This document shows positions 48,343-57,845 of a stretch of DNA of 60,797 nucleotides, piece by piece. Source of the DNA: Rhizaria sp. SCN 62-66. Taxonomy: Eukaryota. The DNA lies in the NCBI GenBank assembly GCA_001724265.1, contig MEDY01000155.1, positions 1 through 60,797 on the forward strand, written 5' to 3'. Positions within the stretch are counted from its first letter, which is position 1. Each line of letters begins with the position of its first letter. The position numbers and the translations under genes are program-made. Below the pieces are notes generated by a model. The model was not told the origin of the DNA. It ran no database searches and worked only from the letters and a program-made list of their open reading frames with translations.

Positions 48343-49534
48343 TTAGTGTTGGGTATCTTGTCCCGCGAGCACGGCCCTGACCTGCGCCGCCATCTCCCGC
48401 AGCTGCCACAGCGGCGGCAGCGTCTCCGCGAACGCCACCGACACGGACGCGTCGCGGAAGGCCTCGGGGCGCATTGTCCGCGCCTCGACCTCCAGCCCCG
48501 GCTCCGGTCCGTGACCTGACAGCGACTGCGACTTCGGTGATTGTGGCTTTGGTGATTGCGATTTGTCACTTGCCCGTTGCAGCACAGCGCCACTGCCCGC
48601 CTGTGCTGCACACCCCGCCTCGCCAGCTTGCGTTTGCGCCACAATCTGCAGCGTGAACCGCGCCCTGCAGCGCACAAATACCTCGTTGACCCACACGCCG
48701 CGGACACGCCCGGCCGGGATAAAGGACGTCGCCCCGTTCGCCAGCCCCCCCGTGAGGGCCGGGGGCGGGGTCACGAGGTAGGACGGCGCGTTGAGGGTGG
48801 GTGCAAGAAAAGATACGGGGTAGGTAAAGCTGTATAACGCAATACCGACGCCGTATTCGACGTACAAACGTTCTGTCACGTACACGCAAAATCACACAAC
48901 ACAAGAAGTAGGTTATAAACACCTTTAAGATAGAATTCACATGATTCTTTCCGACCAGTATGCAATATATTGAAATACATTCGTTTAGCCGTATTTTGCA
49001 CTGACACGTACCTTCAACGACGGTGTTCTTGAGCACCACCGCGCACGCCGCGATAACGACTGCCGCCGCGGCCGCGACAGCGCCGGGGTCGACCGCGGGG
49101 GCCGCAGCGAGCGCGGCGGAGACCGAGTGCAGCGTGCGCGCGTATGGGGTGTCGGTCACAGCCTGTGCGAGCGCCATGAAAAGCTTTAACGTAGCGACTG
49201 CGGTGAGTGTGGCGAGCAAGCAGAGCTTCGCGAGCTCGAGTACGACGGCGGCGGGCAGCGCCGCGGAGCACCACGGCCGACGCGGAGGGCGCCGTGAGGA
49301 GAAGAGCGCGCGGCCCGGGGCGCGCAGCAGCGTGCGAATCTGCCAGGCCGGGCGCGCGCGCGACGCCGAGATGGCGCCGCCGGTACAACTCCGGTTATCA
49401 TAGCCATGACCACTGTTGTCCTGACCACATTCATTAGAGGTGGCGCTCGTACAGGGGTTCACAAAAGCGCTATCTGCGCTAACAGCACGCGGGTGCGCAA
49501 CAGATGCGCTGCTTCGCGTTCTGGTCGCGGGCAT
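48343..49534 (-). CDS. PIGH: GPI-GlcNAc transferase subunit H (PIG-H/Gpi15), 2 exons, about 350 aa
   Basis: Exons 49534-49012 and 48872-48343. Two TM segments, then VVE|ERLYVEYGVGI, FIPAGRVRGVWVNE and VAFAETLPPLWQL, matching the PIG-H pattern. TAA stop. Confidence 0.8.
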
Positions 49535-49857
49535 CGTGACTGTGGTGATTTGGGCTGAGGGCCGGGCGCGGGGCAGCCTGGTGCAAGGGTCGGTCGTGGT
49601 GGCTCTCAGGTCTGGTTTCTTACAAAGATGCTATAGAACGTAAAAAGAGGACTTGAATTGTTTAATTAAAGTATTATATTTGAAATGGTGACGATAATTT
49701 GGGATATTAACTGCACCCATGTTAACGGACGATGTGCGGACCTTTGGTGTATTCTCTTAGCACGAGCTTTGATCTTTGCCCTCGCCAACCGTTGGGCTCT
49801 TTCCATCTGCGCTCACCCAGCTTTCCCATCGCACTCTCTCGTTCCTACACCAGATCC

Positions 49858-52386
49858 ATGTCTTCCGCCCCTCGCGGCGGCAGCTCCCGCGGCCACTTCG
49901 GCCGCGGCGGCCCCACCCGCGGCCCCACCCGCGGCGGCAGCAGCGGTGGCGGTCGCGGCGGCGGCTTCGGCTCCCGCTCCCCCCTCGCCAGCTCTGGCTC
50001 CGGCACTGCCCACGGCGGCGGTGCCAGCGGCGCGTCCCCCGGCGGCGGCGAGGACCCCGCGCGGCCGAAGTATCGCGACCGCGCGGAGGAGCGCCGCCGC
50101 GGGCTGTTTCTCGACGACGCGGGCCGCGAGCTCGACGACCCAGCGCTGCCGCACTCCAACTCACTCTACAACTCACACTCACACTCTGGCGCTGCGGGCG
50201 GCGCGCAGGCGCAGCGCGGGCGCGGGGGCGCGTACGGCGGCCACGGCGCGAGCAGTGGCGGCGACAGCGACAGCGATGAAGACATCAACGACATCGGCGG
50301 CCGCATCGACCGCATTCAGCGTTCTACCGCGAACGGCAGCATCATGACCCAGACTGCAAACGCGGGCGCTGGCGCCGCCGCACAGAGCAAGGACGACGCG
50401 AAGCCCGCTACTGACTCAGCAGTATCCGCCACGTCTGCGTCTGCGTCTGCGTTTATTCCTGCGAGCGCGGTGCACTTCCTCTCGCCTCTGACGCGGGAGA
50501 CCTACGTCGCCGCCGTGGAGCTCCCGCGCACGCTTGCGCGGGGGCTGCCGCTGCCGCTGCCGCCCTCGGCCGTCTCCGCCTCCGCCGCCGCCGCGGCCGC
50601 CGCGGCCGCGGCCGCCGCGGGGGCCGGCGCGCCGCCGCCGCAGCAACAGGACCGCTTCCTGCGCGGCCGCATGGGCTACGTCTTCGACGCCGCGCCCGTC
50701 AGCCTCGCGGGCGCCATCGGCACAAGTACGTTTATTAAAATTCGTTTATTAAAATTCATGGTTTCTTCGCGATATGCGCTTTCATACTGCAATGGTTTAT
50801 CTATAGTGTCCTCATACCAATGAACCTTTCTATGATAACGATTTTATGCCATATTTCTATTTTTTCACGACATTTAGCTCTTTTGTGTTTTGTCATCCTC
50901 TTTTCTTCTCGATGCTCTTCTTCTCGATCCCACAGTCGCCCTGCACGCGGCCGAGTCGCGCGGCGCGTTTCCCGCCTCGTTGGCGTCATACGTGCCGGCC
51001 ACGACGGTGCGCGCCCGCGAGACTGTGATGCTACACCTCGCCATGACCACGCCGGCGACGACGCATTCTACCGCATCATCACTCTCTTCTTCGTCGTCAT
51101 CATCGTCATTGTCCTCATCCTCTGCGTCGTCGTCGTCGTCGTCCCTGTTGTTGGCGAGCACGACGGCGACGGTAGCGGCGGTGGCCTCTCTGCCCGCCGC
51201 CGCCGAGGCCGCCGCGCTCGCGGGCCGCACCGCCGCCGCGGGCACCGCGCTGCTCACGGTCACCGCGGCCGCCACGCCCGCCGCCGCGGCCGCCGCGGCT
51301 GCTGCGGCGGCCTCGGCGCGCGGTGGCGGCGCGTCGCTGCTGCCTGTGTCGGCGCACGTGCCCGATGATGTCATAGCACGACTGGCTTGGGTGCTGGGCG
51401 GCAAGTCCAAGGCGCGCGCCGCAAATCTAAGTGCAAATCTAGGTCTGACTGGCGGCGCCAAGCAAGGCAGCAATGCCAAGCAGCAAAGTGCCAGCGCCAA
51501 CAGTGTCTCCAATGAGAACGCTCCTGCCGCGACTGCGAGCGCTGGTGCCGCGATGCGTGATGATGACGACATCTTTGGCGACGTGTCTTCTTATGTGCCG
51601 TCGTATCAAAGCGTTCCCGTCTCAGCTTCTGCCGCTGTCGCCGACGCATCTCAAGGCAGCAGCAGTGTCTTTGGCGACGACGACGACATGTTTGGCGGCG
51701 GATCATCATCTGCAAGCGCCAGCAGCAGCAACAGCAGCAGCCGTAGTAATAACACTACAGCAGTTGCCGCCCTCGCATCGTCTGCCAACAGCCTCTTCGG
51801 CCAGTCCACAGGGCGTTCTAGCTCTAGCGCGGTCGGTGCTAAGGAGGACGCGTACGCGCCGCTGGCCGCGCGCACGGGCTTCGGTGCCGCGCTTGCCGCG
51901 CGCCCCAAGCGCCCCTACGCTGCTGACTCAGCAAGCGCAGGCGACCGTGGGCAGGCGGACGGCGACGACGAGCAGCGCCGCCGCGGCCGCGCTGCCGGGG
52001 GCGGCGACGAGGATGATGACGATGAGTACACACTGGGCGCGATGGGCGCGCGTGTGGGCTTCGGGCGCGAGGGGTTACGCGCAATCCAGAGCCGCGCGGA
52101 CGAGGCCGACGCCGCCGACGCCAGGGCAGCCGCGCGCGCAGCCAAAAAGGGGCTGCCCGCGGCGGGCGCTGGCGACGGCAGCGACGACGAGGGCGGAAGC
52201 GGCGGCGGGCGCGGCGGCGAGGCGTATGACGAGGAGCGAGAGCGGAGGCGCAACGAGGCGCGGACCGAGAGTGACTACCAGGCCATGGCGAAGAAGTTCG
52301 GGTTTAAGGCTGTGGGCAAGAACGTCACGGACGCGGACGTAGAGAAGGGGAACAAGCGCGCGCAGATCCTCGGCATGCGCAGGTGA
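49858..52386 (+). CDS. IK: Spliceosomal protein RED (IK/Smu2), 2 exons, about 772 aa
   Basis: Exons 49858-50725 and 50936-52386. Motifs KYRDRAEERR, FLRGRMGYVFD and DDDIFGDVSSYVPS. TGA stop. Confidence 0.82.
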
Positions 52387-52690
52387 GTGCGCTCCCAGTC
52401 CATGCTTTTTTCTCCACTTTCTCGGCGCGCACGATGATTACAGCGTAGGAAGGCATATATTGCTATGACGGGTGGCATGAATGCGGCATGAGGGCCAATA
52501 CATAGTTATAAAGTTCAATTCAATCATGGACTATGTATCACAATGTTTCCTTTTTTTTTTTTTCTCAATGCGTGCGTACAACATGTAAACACACAGCAGA
52601 TCAATGGGATGGCCACGGTTAAGATTGCACAACGACGATTTGTCGTTCAGCCTTCGCGCTTCCGGTAATTCCAAAGCATACATCTCACAT

Positions 52691-53540
52691 TCAAGGGAGT
52701 GGCACCGCAGTCGCCGTGGCTGCAGCGGCTGCTGCAGTCGCAGCGGCGGCGTCGGCGGCGTTCGCGATGGCCGCCACAGAGTCGGCAGTCGCGGCCGCGA
52801 TTGCGGCGGGGGCTGCCGTGGTCGCGGTATGCACCGTCGCCCACACAAGCTGAGCAGGCGTTGTCAACAAAGCAGGATAGTGATGGTGCAAATGACACAT
52901 GGATTACAGAGAGGCAGAGTGAGCAAAATAATTACCAATGGAGTGATCGGTGAAATTACGTTTAGCAGCATTGTGATTTGACTGGTGGGACGTACGACAA
53001 AGAGCGCGAGCGCAGCGGTAAACCCTTCCGCGACGAGATCGAAGGACTCGTACTCGTCCTCGTCGACGCCGAGCACGGCCGTGTAGTGCAAGTACACCGC
53101 AAGTGTGCCCAGCAACGCGAAGGCGGCGAAGCCCAGGAAGCCCGGAACGGGCCAGAGCGCACAGAAGAGCCCCAGCAGCAGCGCGGAGAGCTGGCGGTGC
53201 CAGTAAATGACGCGCAGAAGCTCAGTCTGCGAGACGCGGGGGGCGCGGAAGTGCAGGGGTCGGCATAGGGAGAGAAGAAGGAGTAAATAGTTGTGAAGCA
53301 ATGAAGTGAGTGAGTGTGCGAATGTGAACGGCGGAGCAAATGCCAGCAAAGGGTGTGGTTGCGGCAACGAACCTTGGACCATGAGAGATTGCGGGTGAAG
53401 CAGCGCTGTAGCATCGGTACCGACGCCGCGTCGCGCAGGGCGGGCTCAGTCTCGCAGTTCCCCTTGCCGTTGCCATTGCGGCTATGGTCTCCTCGCGCGG
53501 AGCTGTCCGCAGAGACAACGGAGCCGGAAGACGTGTTCAT
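52691..53540 (-). CDS. RAB5IF: Rab5-interacting protein family (RAB5IF/OPTI), 3 exons, 185 aa
   Basis: Exons 53540-53373, 53226-52996 and 52849-52691 give WSK|TELLRVIYWHRQ...PVPGFLG...VDEDEY...EGF...LFV|LVW. TGA stop. Confidence 0.9.
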
Positions 53541-54467
53541 TCTGTGATTTGCTGACTCGTGGACCCGATAAAAACTGTGACAAGCAACATGAAACGCGGG
53601 ACATGTGAAAGAAGTGGGTCAGCGGAGACGTTGGTTGACAAGATGAAGATAGCGCGGTACAATCAAATGCAATTTTCAAATTATACCAAGCGCATGTACA
53701 GTCGTGTTCATAAGTACAACGCAAAATAACCCCGCGATTACTTCCCATGCAGATGAATCGGATCCATGAAGTGTTATAGACGCAATATGAGGCTAATTGT
53801 GGAAGATGGTTGCAGCAGAGAGTAGGATGACGCAAAATGACGAGTAATGTTTTAAGTGCCATATTTTGATCGTCAAACGAGCTATTTTTCCGATATATCA
53901 ATATAAACAGCGGGGAGTATGTTGTACTTCATTAAAACCTTGGGTACAATGTGTACAAGAGTGACATGTAGTATGTCGGCTCTGTGCGGGGGCTGAAGCT
54001 AATACACTGCTCAATTCTTCTTCTTGCGTTAGCGGCTGCAATACGCTTACAAAGCATTGCAAGACTACCATGTCGAGTGCCTCATCCTGTTGTCCACTGA
54101 CATAAATCGTTGCCACCCGTCAAGTCACGCACGACGCGACGCGGCCATTTACGATGACTAACTTTGACTATACTTTCACGCCTGGGTTGCGTTCCTGCAG
54201 CTCTTCAACTTCAACGCTATGCGACAAATAAAACCTCGCGTAGATTCTCGAAGTGTAAAAACGTGTCTTGAAACCCGGGAATTATATTACTGGCTGTTGG
54301 CCATCGAGCTGTATTAAATCAAGCTGTAGAACGGTCAAAGCGTTATGTGCTCGAGATATTTTGCTCCTACATAGCATGTCAGGTACGCTCGGCAGATTAT
54401 ATTGGTATGATGTGAGCTATATGACAAAGATTGATTCTCACGAATCGACTGATGTTGCATGTACACC

Positions 54468-54799
54468 TCACATGCGGCGCCTGAAGCCGGCGGGCACCAT
54501 AGTCACCTCACAGCATGCCTGGAAGGACTGCAACACTTCGGCGTCGAACGGCTCGTCCCCGCTGTCGCCCGCCGCTGTCACTGTGCCCGCCACGCACGAC
54601 ACCACGCGGCCGACGGGCACTACGCCGCGCAGCAGGCTCACGGGGCACGGCTTGAAGACGATGAACCACGACGTGTCATTAGGCCCAATCATAAGCTGCG
54701 GTGTGAAGGGCGTGACGCTGCGGGGGTAGAACAGCACCGTGCCGACGATATACGTCGCTGCGACATCGGCGTCAGCGCCCACAGTCGTCGTCGTCGTCG

Positions 54800-54831
<32 letters not shown>

Positions 54832-57005
54832 GGCGTCGTCGTCGTCGTCGGCGGCGGCGCGGCGTATTCGCCGTAGACGATGTCGCGCGCCGGAAGGGAG
54901 ATCTGCGCAGTGGCACAGCGGTGATCTGCCGCGATGATGGCAATGTGGCGGCCGATGGTGAGAAAAGGCAGCGACGCAGCCGTGTCCACCCCGTGGGAAA
55001 GAAGGCACGGATGCGGCATAGTGGTGCTCATGTTGGAGGTCTTCGTCGCAGCACGGAAGTGCGCAGCATTGCACGGAAGTCGCTCATCATCGAGTCGGAT
55101 GACAACCCGGAAGTCGCGTTGCTCGCGTTGCGGAACGTTAGTGATTTCCATTTTCATTATCACATCCGACGCCACGTGCTCAGCTTTCACGTTTTCAAGA
55201 GCGTATGACAGGACGCGTTCGCGCGCCCTGGCCTGAAGCAGCGACAGTGCCGCTTCAGAGGGCGCACCGTTGACTCGCACAGGGGGCGTCTGGTCATCCG
55301 ACCTCCGAGGGTAACCACTCTCTTCCAGACTGCGTGTGATGTGCGCATCGAACGCGCATTCCCAGTCGTTGTCCGGCGACGAGAACGCACGCGTGTCTGC
55401 AATAGTCTGCAGGCGCAACTCCTCCGTCGCGGCTGTGTCCGGCGCAATAACCCCCATACTCATCAGCAGTTTGCGAAGATTTGTCAGCTCGTGTAGCACG
55501 GGGCCGCCGTCGCCTTGGTGCGCGCAGGCATCGTGGCGCAGCAGCTCGAGCGCCTGCAGCCCGCGACCTGCGATGAGCTCAACCACGGCGGGATTGGGCG
55601 ACGCAACGGCGCTGTCATAAACTGCCGCGTCAGGCGAGGTGTCGCACATGATGATAAAAGAAAACAGCATTGCCAGATGACGCACAGCGAGGTCTGCACG
55701 CGTCTGTTCAAAATTAGGAGGATCGTTAGGGCCACGCTTTCGAATCGGGAAGCGCATCAGAAAAGTACAGATAAGCTTTACAGCACCAATATTACGCAGC
55801 TGGCGCGCCGCGTGCGTAGTATTCGGGGCGCTGTCGATAATGCAACCGAATAAAACCGTACAGTTGCGTTGTAACGTCATTTCCATCACAGGATGAAGGC
55901 CTTCGCGAGCATGATCATTGATGTTGCTTAGCATCCGCGTAAATCCAGGCGAGCACAAGAGCCTCTGCGCAACAGCAGGCATATGAGCGACCATCGATGC
56001 AAATACACCAATACACACGATTCCGCGATGAGCTTCTTCGATTGTGAACGTTTCGATGGGCGCCAAAAGGCGCTCAAGGCGTTCATCTGTGAAAGCGAGT
56101 GAAAAGGTGGCATCATCAAAGAGCTTCAGCAGGGTATCAAGTTGCAGCAAACTGGCTTTGCTCGAAAGTTGCAGGAACTCATCAAACTCATCACTGACGG
56201 CAAAGTCAGTAAGATCGCTGCAGCGGTGCGCATCGTCCCTTTCATCTCCACTCGTGCGCGTGAACAGAACGAGCAAGGTGTCGTAAGTCAAGCGTTGAAT
56301 GTCCCTGCTCAGCATGTGGCGCGTTTTATAGCGCCGAGCAATGCCGCAAAACAACGGGACCATGGGGGCCACAACAGCGTACGCAAGCTGGGGCGCCTTG
56401 ACGCCGTTGATGGTGGGGCTGAAGAGAAGCACAGACAGAACTTTGCTCAGTTTAAGGTGGAGGTTGAGATTGTCGCGAGTCAGCTGCTCCGGGCTAACAT
56501 ATTCCTGCACTGAACTCGCCCGTACAAACGAGGCAATGTGCGTCAGCGCGTCGAGCCGAATCTGCGTGGTGAGGACCGCATTGTTTGCAATCAGGTCAAC
56601 AATCCAGAGGAGATCTAAACACATCTTCGGGCTCATGTGAGGCGCAAGGAGAGATGCAGTCAGCGCCTCAACAGCGCCACTATCCACAAGCAAACAACAA
56701 CCGTCTTTGCACACGCCCAAGTAGTCAAACAAGGTGATGAGGTCTTTGACGCACTTCATGAAGACCTATGCATGTGGTGCATCAGTGAAGTGCAGCGACT
56801 GCACAAGCAGCGCAATGACCCCGCTCTCACGAAGCGTGAGGATGTTTTGAGTGCGGTCTAAAGACTCATCCATCAGTTTGTATGAAGAAACATGATCTGT
56901 CGTTAGAGAGGTGATACGTGCTATCGTCTCATGGACACGACGGAGAGCGCGCTTCTTAGCCGCCTGACTCTCACACTGTGCCTCCTCAGAGTTGGCCAGA
57001 GACAT
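54468..57005 (-). CDS. Helical-repeat (ARM-like) protein with a C-terminal degenerate cyclophilin-like domain, 845 aa, with 1 in-frame TAG
   Basis: ATG 57005 (MSLANSEE). Track ORFs 56766..57155 and 54468..56759 are in frame and joined by APHA-TAG-VF-MKCV. Contains ARM-like segments ESGVIALLV, DSGAVEAL and NIGAVKLI. TGA stop. Confidence 0.72.
54784..54849. repeat. (GTC)n microsatellite encoding poly-Thr on the minus strand
   Basis: About 22 near-perfect GTC units visible directly in the sequence. Confidence 0.95.
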
Positions 57006-57845
57006 ATCGTATGTTGTCACAAGATGAGGTGCAGCCGAGAGCGTAGGTAACAGCAGTATATTCACATACAGCTGCACACACGCCCAAATGAATACCTGCG
57101 AGGTTATGAAACCGTTTCTGTGTCTTCTATAAGTTACCAAATGGCAAACGCACAATGTGCGCGTTGAGGCAGGAGAGTGCGAGTGCAGTTCTTCATAAGA
57201 TATCTCAATTTTAAAAGCATTGAATTTAATAATAGCTAGAACGCCGCTTTTAAACCAACATTTTTAGCTAGTAATGCATAAATACGATGAGCCCATTGCG
57301 TAATACATGTTCGAAGATGCGCAACCAAGGGGCAATACGGTTCACCACAAAAGTTTTTTGAGCGACCATGGTGACACATAATCACGAAAAAGCTATCACA
57401 GAGAGCACCTTTAGAGCTGCTGTCAGGGCAATAATGCACTTGTTGGTCATAACGAGTTGTTACGTTTATTATGCTGCGTCATATGGTTGTCACATGTCCT
57501 AGCGCGGCATTCATCACTATATTTACGACATAGGACTACAACTTTACTAGTACTTCGACAATGACACTCAGAAATAAAGGATAAGGCTTACGATAGAAAA
57601 AGAAAAAAGAAAACAAAAGAAGGTTTTAACACAAGACAGCACGGGTGATAAAGGTCCCACTGACTTTTGGGTTTATCATGTCGTCTGATAAGAACAACCA
57701 AAACAACAACAGACGACAAACCAAACACCCGTTCTTCAGTTAACACCATAGGACTAGGAGTGGGATAACACAGGGGGAAGAATGCGTACAGATATTCTTC
57801 GTTTAGTCGCTGTTCAGAGATCAAACTTGAGTGATACTGGGCGGT

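Noticed and set aside
53541-54467. Short ORFs 53482..53901 and 53898..54116
   Set aside because: No motifs or codon bias, and they remain short even when TAG is read as sense.
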